Sequence record: SRR20825019_2970
Length of the DNA stretch: 29,090 bases
Reading direction: 5' to 3' (one strand)
Within the stretch, counting starts at the first letter, position 1. Each line of letters starts with the position of its first letter. Shown piece by piece: positions 1 to 7,857 of this stretch. Under the pieces are notes generated by a model that ran no database searches, had not been told where the DNA came from, and was given only the letters and a program-made list of their open reading frames with translations. The position numbers and the translations under genes were made by a program.

Positions 1-1317
1 GCCAGCGGGGAAGTCATCATCGGTGAAGATGTGGCTATCACGCCGATCTTCCAGACTTTTGTAACGGAAGCGCAGGAATATGACCTGCTGCAGGCGGGCA
101 GCATCACCCTTGGCGGTGCGCTTGAGCAACCCACGCTCGACAACCAGTCGTTCCTGCTTGAAAGCTCGCTCACCTTGAGCGGTGAAGGCGACAAGATCAT
201 CTTGCAGGTGCGGCCAAAAACAGCGGAAGAGCTTTCTCTGAGCGGCAACAAGGCCAGAATTTATGAAGGCATTCTGGATAACCTTGACCCGGCGGATGAT
301 TTGGGTGGCGCGCTTGCGCAGCTTGAGGATGCCGAAGGTGTTGATAACGCGATGGAAGCTATTCTGCCGGATACCACCAACGCCATGTTCCAGATGGCAT
401 ATTCTGGTGTGCGCCAGCTTGAGGCAACGCTTGGTGACCGCATGATCACGGCAACGGCCAACCGGCGTGTTGACGGCGGTTTCTGGGCGAGGGAGCTGGT
501 TGGTTTTGGTAAGGCTGATATCGCAGATTCGGAAACAGATAGTGACTATCTGGGTGCCGGGGTACTGATCGGTTTTGATAAAAACCTGAACAAGAATGTT
601 TTGTGGGGCATCAGTACAGGCTTCCTGCTTCAGGGTAACAGCCGCAAAGGCGATATCGGGGATGATGTGTCGCTCTTTACCCCGTTTGTGTCCTCTTACC
701 TTATGGCAAGTGACGGCGCGCTGTTCCTCACGGGCTCCGCATCCTTCTGGTACAATAGTGTCACCAGAAGCCGCGGCCTGAACGTTGAGACAGTCAACAA
801 ATCCATTGAAAGCAACTCAAACGGTTGGACAGGGTCTGTAGATGTGCACGCAGGGTATGACCTCAAGCTCGGCGGCCTGCATATCAGGCCAAAGGTTGGT
901 GTGAACTATATTCGTGCGAAGGAAAGCGGTTATACGGAAACAGGCGGCGACGGCGCTAACCTCGTAATTGAGGGGCGCAGCTTCAACCGGCTTGACGGTG
1001 TGGGTAGCGTGGCGATTGGTCATGATTTCCGCTGGAAAGGCCAAGGCGAGAATGCGGTTTATGTCCGGCCAGAGGTGTTTGGCTCGTACCGCAAACGGCT
1101 TTCCGGCACCAGCCAGTATATCACCAGCGCGCGGTTTGAAAGTGGCACAGAGTTTTTTGAGCTCACCAACGATACGATTGCAAACACCAGCACGGAGATG
1201 GGCGCAAACCTGAATATCTTCAGTGCATTTGGGGCTGCGACGCTGCGCTACACTTATGAAAAGCGCGAAGACTGGCGCTCGCACTATGGTGGCTTCAACT
1301 TCCAGATGCAGTTCTAG
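1..1317 (+). CDS. Autotransporter-type outer-membrane beta-barrel protein, C-terminal part (5' truncated by window edge)
   Basis: Frame is open from base 1 (ASGEVIIGEDV...). Amphipathic beta-strand pattern with GGFWAR, GVLIGFDK, HAGYDL and ESGYTETGGDGANL motifs; ends in an aromatic BAM-type signal (GFNFQMQF). Confidence 0.8.
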   Translation, partial: ASGEVIIGEDVAITPIFQTFVTEAQEYDLLQAGSITLGGALEQPTLDNQSFLLESSLTLSGEGDKIILQVRPKTAEELSLSGNKARIYEGILDNLDPADDLGGALAQLEDAEGVDNAMEAILPDTTNAMFQMAYSGVRQLEATLGDRMITATANRRVDGGFWARELVGFGKADIADSETDSDYLGAGVLIGFDKNLNKNVLWGISTGFLLQGNSRKGDIGDDVSLFTPFVSSYLMASDGALFLTGSASFWYNSVTRSRGLNVETVNKSIESNSNGWTGSVDVHAGYDLKLGGLHIRPKVGVNYIRAKESGYTETGGDGANLVIEGRSFNRLDGVGSVAIGHDFRWKGQGENAVYVRPEVFGSYRKRLSGTSQYITSARFESGTEFFELTNDTIANTSTEMGANLNIFSAFGAATLRYTYEKREDWRSHYGGFNFQMQF

Positions 1318-1360
1318 GGATCAAGAAAAAGCGAGGAGGCCCGGCAGTTTTCAACGGGCA

Positions 1361-1396
1361 TAAAAAAGCGGTGTGGTCAGGCTTGGCCACACCGCT
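1361..1396 (-). terminator. Intrinsic terminator of the ACT-domain gene (the hairpin may also serve the convergent autotransporter)
   Basis: Inverted repeat agcggtgtggtca-ggct-tggccacaccgct, followed by T6 on the minus strand, between convergent genes. Confidence 0.8.
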
Positions 1397-1418
1397 CAAT
1401 AATTGAAGGGGTCATGGT

Positions 1419-1700
1419 TTACGCCGCTAGGTTGGAAAAGCGTAGAACGAGTGTCTCAATTCTGGCGCTTTTGACTGTGACAATCTGACGAATTTTGTTG
1501 AGGAGAACGCCCGCGCTTTGGTCATCAAGGTCCGCGCAGTCCACTTCGATCCACTGGTTACCTTCTTCTGTACGGCGGGCAGCGAGGTTATCGCAAGTGA
1601 GACCGCGAATAGTGAAAAGCTCTAGAACGCGGGACAGTGTATTTGGTTCAAATTCCGCCATGACGGAAAAACGGGTTCGAGTGTTGCCTCTGAGGACCAT
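1419..1700 (-). CDS. Stand-alone ACT-domain protein (IlvM/IlvH regulatory-subunit-like)
   Basis: 93 aa with FSVMAEFEPNTLSRVLELFTIRGLTCDNL...LLNKIRQIVTVKSA, the ACT beta-alpha-beta-beta-alpha-beta pattern. Has a CAGGAG RBS and its own terminator. Confidence 0.75.
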   Translation of the reverse strand: MVLRGNTRTRFSVMAEFEPNTLSRVLELFTIRGLTCDNLAARRTEEGNQWIEVDCADLDDQSAGVLLNKIRQIVTVKSARIETLVLRFSNLAA

Positions 1701-1859
1701 TTTTAGGGTCTCCTGATCGTTCTGCTTTCAGCCTTGTGAAGCAGATGGGTTGATGATGCTGAGAAAATAGGCCGACCCGAATGGGAAAGGGTTCCTAATG
1801 TGGCGCTATTTTGATAAAGAGTGAGATAATTTCCCGAATTGAGTAAGGTATTAGGAAAA

Positions 1860-2336
1860 ATGACCGATAAAATAGATGATCTGGATGCGCGCATCCTGAA
1901 TTTCCTGCAAAACGACGCGCGTATTCCACTCGTTGATCTGGCGGACAAGGTCGCCTCCAGCCGGTCTGCTGTTTGGCGCAGGATACAGAAGCTTGAAGAA
2001 GCGGGTGTTATCAAGAAGCACACCGTGCTGCTGGACGCAAAAAAGGCGGGCCTTGGCGTTCTTGTGTTCGCGCAAGTGAAAATGCAGGCCCACAGCCGCG
2101 ACAGCCTGCCTAATTTTATTGAGAAAGTGCGTAATTTCCCCGAGGTGATCGAATGCCACACCCTTATGGGCGATATTGATTTTATCCTCAAGGTCAGGGT
2201 TGAAAGCGTTGAGGCTTACGAGGAATTTTTCTGGAACCAGCTTTCCCAGATTGAAGGCGTGCGAGAGATCAATTCATCCATCGCGCTTACGGCGGTAAAA
2301 GATACCACCATATTGAACGTGCACGCGGCGGGTTAA
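1860..2336 (+). CDS. Lrp/AsnC family transcriptional regulator
   Basis: IDDLDARILNFLQNDAR...LADKV..SRSAVWRRIQKLEEAGVI HTH plus RAM domain (VIECHTLMGDIDFILKV). ATG 1860 after AGGA is preferred over TTG 1839. Confidence 0.95.
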   Translation: MTDKIDDLDARILNFLQNDARIPLVDLADKVASSRSAVWRRIQKLEEAGVIKKHTVLLDAKKAGLGVLVFAQVKMQAHSRDSLPNFIEKVRNFPEVIECHTLMGDIDFILKVRVESVEAYEEFFWNQLSQIEGVREINSSIALTAVKDTTILNVHAAG

Positions 2337-2339
2337 ACC

Positions 2340-3164
2340 CTAGAAGTGCACCTTTAAAATCGCGCTCGCGGCAATCTGGTTTGTATTGAACGCGGGCGTA
2401 TCCTTGATACCAAACTGGTTCACCCAGATATCTATTTCGGTTCCGAAATAAACCTTTCCGGGCTCGCCCCATCTGGCCCCCACGTCCCATTTGATCTGCG
2501 GCACCAGATGCATCCATTCCTCTTGGGACGCCCAGCCCATCGCATAGTCTAGAAAGCCGTCGATGGTGAAACGCTCCTCACCAATCTCAAACGGGCGAGA
2601 CCACGAAAGCGTCACCTGCATATCGTCAAAACCGTCACCGAGGCTGGTATTCTTGCGGGCATAAACATTGGTTTTGAAAAACTTGAAGCCGGGCACATTC
2701 AGGTCTGCCGCCATGCCCAGAAGCAGGGCCTCAGTGCCGCCGCGCCCCTTCTCCCATGTGGTGGAAACCAGCACGTCGCGCACAAAGCTGCCTTTGGGCA
2801 GGTCTATAAGGCTAATGCCGGTGAGGCTCAGGCGGGGCGAAAACTCACCATACCAGCTATGGCTTTGTGTTGGGTTTGAGTGATAATCCAGATAGTCGAA
2901 AAAGCCAAAAACGTCGCCCCATTTCCATTTGCTGACATGTTCAAACGTGACGGTTGAGATGTTTTCACCCGGCACCTGAAAGCCAGTGCCCGTGAGCAGT
3001 GACACGCTGTTATCCATGAATATCAGTGATTTTCTGCTGTCTTCCGCGCGTGCGTTACCTGCGGCGATGAACGTAGCCAATAAAAGGCATGTGGCTAGGA
3101 AGGACTTGTAAGCAAAACTAAAACCCCGAGTAACGGGGCTCACACGCGCAACACACTTATTCAT
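2340..3164 (-). CDS. Tsx/OmpK-like (nucleoside-specific channel family) outer-membrane protein
   Basis: Signal peptide ending ARA-EDS; motifs TVTFEHVSKWKWGDVFGFFD, YGEFSPRLS, DGFLDY and PQIKWDVG; C-terminal F. ATG 3164 follows GGAGG. Confidence 0.8.
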   Translation of the reverse strand: MNKCVARVSPVTRGFSFAYKSFLATCLLLATFIAAGNARAEDSRKSLIFMDNSVSLLTGTGFQVPGENISTVTFEHVSKWKWGDVFGFFDYLDYHSNPTQSHSWYGEFSPRLSLTGISLIDLPKGSFVRDVLVSTTWEKGRGGTEALLLGMAADLNVPGFKFFKTNVYARKNTSLGDGFDDMQVTLSWSRPFEIGEERFTIDGFLDYAMGWASQEEWMHLVPQIKWDVGARWGEPGKVYFGTEIDIWVNQFGIKDTPAFNTNQIAASAILKVHF

Positions 3165-3281
3165 TAAGCCCTCCAAGGCATCAGAGCAAAGGACCCCCGA
3201 CCGGAGTGTCGCAGACGGGGCTTAACGGAGTGTTAGCGCCGCCATATTCTCTTCTGGTCAAACCTAGCTTTGAACTTCACC

Positions 3282-3310
3282 TTGCCGGGCTCGGGGCCAT
3301 GCAGTATAGG
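3282..3310 (+). promoter_or_regulatory. Putative sigma70 promoter of the cobalamin operon
   Basis: TTGCCG-N17-TATAGG ends 5 nt before the first riboswitch stem. Confidence 0.55.
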
Positions 3311-3315
3311 CTGAA

Positions 3316-3512
3316 GACGGATGGTGCTTTCACGAACCTCGTGAGAGCTAAGAGGGAACACGGTACTGCCTCATGAGGCATAATCCGTGGCTGTGCCCGC
3401 AACTGTAGATGGGGACACCTGTCGGCAAATCCACTGAACCGCGACCATTTGCGGTTTGGGAAGGTGCCGCAAAGGTGGTTGATCCATAAGCCAGGAAACC
3501 TGCCATCCCGTC
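3316..3512 (+). ncRNA. Cobalamin (adenosylcobalamin-class) riboswitch aptamer
   Basis: Conserved elements in order: ggtg...aagagggaacacggt...aatccgtggctgtgcccgcaactgta...ccactg...gggaaggt...B12 box agccaggaaacctgcc. Closing stem gacggatgg/ccatcccgtc. Lies upstream of B12 transport and cobQ genes. Confidence 0.96.
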
Positions 3513-3612
3513 GCCTGTCTGCCGGTCGGGACAACCGGGTGGAAGCGGCCTTGCCGTCTTGGCGACAATCCCGGTGGATACTGGTGATTGTCACGCGTTT
3601 TGTGAGGCTTTC

Positions 3613-3653
3613 CCTTTCCGCCGGTTTGATTGGAAGCAATGAAACGGCGAAGG
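3613..3653 (+). promoter_or_regulatory. RBS-sequestering hairpin (probable riboswitch expression platform)
   Basis: cctt..cgccg.ttt.attg-gaag-caat.aaa-cggcg-aagg pairs over the AAGGA Shine-Dalgarno of GTG 3662. Confidence 0.6.
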
Positions 3654-3661
3654 ACTGCCCA

Positions 3662-4591
3662 GTGGCACTGGCCCATAAAAAACACCACCCGGAAAAAGCA
3701 TGGCTTACAGCTGCCCTTATGGCGGCGATGTCGCTTGGTGTCTCTGGCGCTGCGCAGGCGGAAGGCGGTGTGATGTCGCTCGATTTCTGTGCGGACCAAT
3801 ATGTGCTCGCCTTCGCGGACAGGGGTGATATCGCCTCTGTTTCCTTTGAGGCAGAGGGTGAAAATTCGCTCTTTTCTCACCGGGCAAACGGCCTTCATCA
3901 CAACATGGGTTCGATTGAAGAAGTGTTGACGATGAGGCCTGACCTTGTGGTCCGCACCTGGCGCGGTAGCCGGGCAAGCGATGCGCTGGCATTGAGGCTC
4001 GGCATTGAGACTTTCCTGCCGCCCTATGCCTTGAGCCAGGAAGATAACCTTAAGAACCTGCGTGTGGCTGCCGAGGCTGTGGGCGGCGCCGATAAAGCCG
4101 GGGTGATGATCAAAGACCTTCGCGCACGGTGGGATGCGCTGAAAGCCGCACCCAAAATTCCGCTGAAGGCTGTGTATATGACCCCCAGCGGCTTTACCGC
4201 AGGCATGGGCACCTTTGTTGACGATATTATCCGCCTTGCCGGGTTTGAAACTGTGGCAAAAGAAGCGGGGATAAAGGGCTGGGTGCCGCTGCCGCTTGAG
4301 AAAATGATCATCAGCCCGCCTGATGTAGTGATTGGCAGTTTCTTTCTTGAAGGCAAGGTGCATGTTTCTCACTGGAGTAGCGGGCGTCACGGTGCTTTCC
4401 GTGACTTGATGGATGAGAAACCAACCATCATGGTGCCCAGCAGCTATCTTTCCTGCGGCGGGTCTTTCTTCGTAGACGCGGCGGAGTTTATCCGCCGTGA
4501 AGCCACCCGGTTGGGGTTAGTGCCGATGACTGAAAAGCCAGAAACTGAGAACCCCACAACTGAACACTCCGAGAAGGAAAATGGCTCGTGA
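3662..4591 (+). CDS. Cobalamin ABC transporter periplasmic binding protein (BtuF-like, helical-backbone family)
   Basis: VMSLDFCADQYVLA, IEEVLTMRPDLVV, GTFVDDIIRLAG and PLEKMIISPPDVVI motifs. GTG 3662 with AAGGA gives a clean signal peptide (..GAAQA-EG); the ORF-track start at 3449 falls inside the riboswitch. Confidence 0.85.
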   Translation: MALAHKKHHPEKAWLTAALMAAMSLGVSGAAQAEGGVMSLDFCADQYVLAFADRGDIASVSFEAEGENSLFSHRANGLHHNMGSIEEVLTMRPDLVVRTWRGSRASDALALRLGIETFLPPYALSQEDNLKNLRVAAEAVGGADKAGVMIKDLRARWDALKAAPKIPLKAVYMTPSGFTAGMGTFVDDIIRLAGFETVAKEAGIKGWVPLPLEKMIISPPDVVIGSFFLEGKVHVSHWSSGRHGAFRDLMDEKPTIMVPSSYLSCGGSFFVDAAEFIRREATRLGLVPMTEKPETENPTTEHSEKENGS

Positions 4592-5595
4592 TTGCACGCC
4601 TTAAAACCAGCCCCTGGGCGCTCAATATCTTGCTTCTCGTCATTGTCGCGGTGGCGGTGTTGCTCTCGGCCCGCTTCGGGCAGGTGGGCCTCAGCACACA
4701 GCAAGTGTTGCACGGCATGTTCGCAAGCGGCGATGACGCTTATACCATCATTGTGCGGGAGCTTCGGCTGCCGCGCATTATCTTGGCTATTATGGCAGGT
4801 GCATCGCTTGGGTATACAGGTGCAGCCTTGCAAGGTTTGCTCAGGAACCCACTGGCGGACCCCGGTGTGATCGGTGTTTCCGCAACCGCAAGCCTTGGTG
4901 CGGTGATCGCCATTTATATGGGGCTTACGTCCATATCAGCGCTTGCGCTGCCCATCACCGCCATGCTCGGGGCTCTTGTTGCCACCATTATCCTGATGGT
5001 GCTGGCCGCAAAAGATGCCAGCGTGCTCACGCTTATCCTTGCAGGCATTGGCATTTCAAGCCTGGCAACAGCCGCCATGTCGCTCGTGATGAACTTCACC
5101 CCGGACGCCGTCACGGTGCAGGAGATGGTACTTTGGATGATGGGCTCGCTTGAGAACCGCACTTTTGATGACCTGTTCCTTGCGGGGCCTTTCATTGTGC
5201 TTGGTTGGCTGATGATGATTGGTGTGGGGCAGGGGCTGAACGCTTTGAGCCTCGGAGAAGAAGTTGCCAGTACGCTTGGTGTTGATGTGGGCAAGCTGCG
5301 TTGGCGGGTGGTGCTGGGCACGGCTTTTTCGGTGGGGGCAACCGTTTCCGTTTGTGGGGCAGTTGGTTTTGTTGGCCTTGTGGTGCCGCATATTGTCCGC
5401 GCTTTTGTGGGGTATGAGCCACGGAGCATTCTGTTGCCCAGTGCGCTGTGTGGTGCCGCCGTTATGGTGTTGGCTGATATTCTCACGCGCCTGCCGATAG
5501 GCCACGGGCAACTGCGACTTGGTGTGGTGATGGCGGTGATCGGCGCACCGGTGTTCCTCTATATCATCTTCAAAACGCGGGAGAGCATGCGATGA
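4588..5595 (+). CDS. btuC: FecCD/BtuC-family ABC permease (cobalamin)
   Basis: LRLPRIILA, LQGLLRNPLADPGVIG, LGEEVASTLG and VGFVGLVVPHIVR motifs. GTGA overlap with the upstream gene; B12 riboswitch context. Confidence 0.9.
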   Translation: MIARLKTSPWALNILLLVIVAVAVLLSARFGQVGLSTQQVLHGMFASGDDAYTIIVRELRLPRIILAIMAGASLGYTGAALQGLLRNPLADPGVIGVSATASLGAVIAIYMGLTSISALALPITAMLGALVATIILMVLAAKDASVLTLILAGIGISSLATAAMSLVMNFTPDAVTVQEMVLWMMGSLENRTFDDLFLAGPFIVLGWLMMIGVGQGLNALSLGEEVASTLGVDVGKLRWRVVLGTAFSVGATVSVCGAVGFVGLVVPHIVRAFVGYEPRSILLPSALCGAAVMVLADILTRLPIGHGQLRLGVVMAVIGAPVFLYIIFKTRESMR

Positions 5596-6389
5596 ACGCG
5601 GCACCTGATATGGGTCTGAAGGTCCAAGGCCTCGGGGTCACACTTGGCGGGCGGGAAATTCTCTCCAAAGTGTCTTTCGGGGTGAAGCCAGGGCAAGTTG
5701 TTGGGCTGATTGGTGCAAATGGTGCGGGGAAAAGCACCGCGCTCAAAGCCGTGCTGGATATCCTTCATGCAGACTATGGCACTATAAAAATTGATGGTGC
5801 TAATCTGAACGCGCTGAGCGCAAAGGAGCGTGCAACCAAACTCGCCTATGTGCCGCAAGGCGCGCCGGTGCACTGGCCGCTGACGGCGGAACGCATTGTA
5901 GGGCTTGGGCGCACACCGCACCTGAATCCCTGGCAGGAATTAAGCGGCAAGGACCAGAAAATTATTGAAGACGTGATGACGGCGACCGACTGTTGGCACT
6001 TGCGTGAGCGCACTGTCACCACGCTTTCGGGCGGTGAACGGTCCCGCGTGCTGCTTGCCCGCGCCATGGCAGTTGGTGCGCCTTATCTGCTGGCTGATGA
6101 ACCAACCGCGTCGCTTGACCCACTGCATCAGTTGCAGGTGATGGATATCATGCGGGATGTGGCAGCGCGCGGCGTGGGGGTGCTTATTGTGATGCATGAC
6201 CTCAGCTTTGCGTTGCGGTTTTGTGACCACTTGGTGCTGCTGCATGAAGGCAGCGTGCTGGCGGACGGCACACCGGATGATGTGCTGACAGACGCCAACT
6301 TAGAGAAAGCGTTTGGAGTGCGGGTAACGCGATGGACAGGGGGGGGCGAGCAGTTTTTGGCTCCTCACAGGGCACGGAGCGGCTTGTGA
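5592..6389 (+). CDS. btuD: ABC transporter ATP-binding subunit (BtuD/FecE-like)
   Basis: Walker A GANGAGKST, signature LSGGE, Walker B LLADEPT and H-loop MHD. ATGA overlap with the permease. Confidence 0.9.
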   Translation: MNAAPDMGLKVQGLGVTLGGREILSKVSFGVKPGQVVGLIGANGAGKSTALKAVLDILHADYGTIKIDGANLNALSAKERATKLAYVPQGAPVHWPLTAERIVGLGRTPHLNPWQELSGKDQKIIEDVMTATDCWHLRERTVTTLSGGERSRVLLARAMAVGAPYLLADEPTASLDPLHQLQVMDIMRDVAARGVGVLIVMHDLSFALRFCDHLVLLHEGSVLADGTPDDVLTDANLEKAFGVRVTRWTGGGEQFLAPHRARSGL

Positions 6390-7831
6390 GCGCACGTGCC
6401 TTAATGTTGCAGGGCACCGGCTCTGATGTAGGAAAATCTGTGCTTACAGCAGGGCTTTGCCGCGCGTTCGCGAACCGGGGGCTCAAGGTCCTGCCGTTCA
6501 AAGCGCAGAATATGTCCAACAACGCGGCGGTGGCGGAAGGCGGCGGTGAGATAGGCCGCGCTCAGCACTTACAAGCGCTTGCCGCCCGCGCGGTACCAAG
6601 CGTGCACATGAACCCCGTGCTCCTCAAACCTGAAAGCGATACGGGCGCCCAGATTATTGTGCAGGGCAAGCCGTGGGGCCGGGCGGAGGCTGACACCTAC
6701 CAGAAACACAAGGCCGAGCTGTTTGCTTATGTAATGGAAAGCTTTGGTCGCCTCAAAGCGGAAGCAGACCTTGTGCTGGTGGAAGGGGCAGGCAGCCCGG
6801 CAGAGGTGAACCTGCGCGCGACAGACATTGCCAACATGGGCTTTGCACTGCCAGCGGATGTGCCCGTCGTGCTGGTGGGGGATATCAACCGGGGCGGTGT
6901 GATCGCGGCCATCACAGGTACCCATCAGCTATTGCCTGAGGCTGAGCGCGCGCTGGTTTGCGGGGTGATCATCAATCAGTTCCGGGGTGATGTGCGGCTT
7001 TTTGACGGTGGTTTGAAGATCATTGAAGAGATGACCCACTGGCCGTGTTTTGGCGTTGTGCCTTTCCTGCGGTCGATAAAAGACCTGCCAGCGGAAGACG
7101 CCGTTGTGCTTGAAAAACATACTCAGAAGCAAAAAGGCACCCTGCGTATCGCCGTGCCTTTGCTGCCGCGTATCGCCAATTTTGATGATCTTGACCCGCT
7201 GCGGGCGGAAGAGGGGGTTGAGGTGGTGATCGTGCCGCCGGGCCAACCGCTACCAAGGGACGCGCACCTCATTATCATTCCTGGCAGCAAGGCAACGATT
7301 GCAGACCTGCGCTTTCTGAAAGCCGAGGGTTGGCATCATGACATTCACGCCCATGTGCGGGCAGGCGGCTTTGTGCTGGGACTTTGTGGCGGCTACCAGA
7401 TGCTTGGTCAGCATGTTGCAGACCCGCTCGGGGTTGAAGGTACGCGGGCAGATGAGGAAGGCTTAGGCCTTCTCGAGGTTTCCACGTTCCTGCAGGCGCA
7501 AAAATCGGTTCAGACAGTCACGGCGGAGGCATTTGGTGCGCGGGTGGAAGGGTATGAAATTCACACCGGCATTACCAAAGGCGAGGCTATTTCTCTCACC
7601 GCAGCCGGTGAGCATGTGCTTGGGCACCGGTCTAAAAACGGACGGGTGATGGGCACTTACATTCACGGCTTGTTCGCGAAGGGCGCGTTTCGCAAGGCCT
7701 TTTTGGGGCATATTGGGCATGACAGCTGCGGCTCAGATTTTGATGAAAAGGTTGATGATGCGCTTGATGCACTGGCGGATGCACTTGAAAAGCATCTTGA
7801 TCTTGATGCGCTTTATGCGGCAAGCAGGTAA
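6386..7831 (+). CDS. cobQ: Cobyric acid synthase
   Basis: LMLQGTGSDVGKS, FKAQNMSNN, EGAGSPAEVNLR, DINRGGV, RIANFDDLDPL, glutaminase GLCGGYQMLG and GTYIHG. Start placed at GTG 6386 (GTGA overlap). Confidence 0.96.
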   Translation: MSARALMLQGTGSDVGKSVLTAGLCRAFANRGLKVLPFKAQNMSNNAAVAEGGGEIGRAQHLQALAARAVPSVHMNPVLLKPESDTGAQIIVQGKPWGRAEADTYQKHKAELFAYVMESFGRLKAEADLVLVEGAGSPAEVNLRATDIANMGFALPADVPVVLVGDINRGGVIAAITGTHQLLPEAERALVCGVIINQFRGDVRLFDGGLKIIEEMTHWPCFGVVPFLRSIKDLPAEDAVVLEKHTQKQKGTLRIAVPLLPRIANFDDLDPLRAEEGVEVVIVPPGQPLPRDAHLIIIPGSKATIADLRFLKAEGWHHDIHAHVRAGGFVLGLCGGYQMLGQHVADPLGVEGTRADEEGLGLLEVSTFLQAQKSVQTVTAEAFGARVEGYEIHTGITKGEAISLTAAGEHVLGHRSKNGRVMGTYIHGLFAKGAFRKAFLGHIGHDSCGSDFDEKVDDALDALADALEKHLDLDALYAASR

Positions 7832-7857
7832 ACCAAGCTTTTAATCGGGGCCTCGCC

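Noticed and set aside
3449..3661. N-terminal extension of the 380-aa binding-protein ORF
   Set aside because: It overlaps the riboswitch aptamer and platform; the signal peptide and RBS point to GTG 3662.
3639..3773. 44-aa basic out-of-frame ORF (MKRRRTAQWHWP...) overlapping the btuF-like start, considered as a leader peptide or frameshift
   Set aside because: Weak RBS, no recognisable features, and the main frame already has a good start and signal peptide.
3371..4390. 339-aa minus-strand ORF, and similar long antisense ORFs (11192-11800, 12550-13215, 18389-19012, 24656-25417, 27569-28399)
   Set aside because: Shadow frames of well-supported genes in GC-rich DNA, with no motifs or plausible RBS.
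3662..6389. Iron-siderophore or heme ABC transporter interpretation
   Set aside because: Same protein families, but the cobalamin riboswitch and coupled cobQ favour corrinoid uptake.
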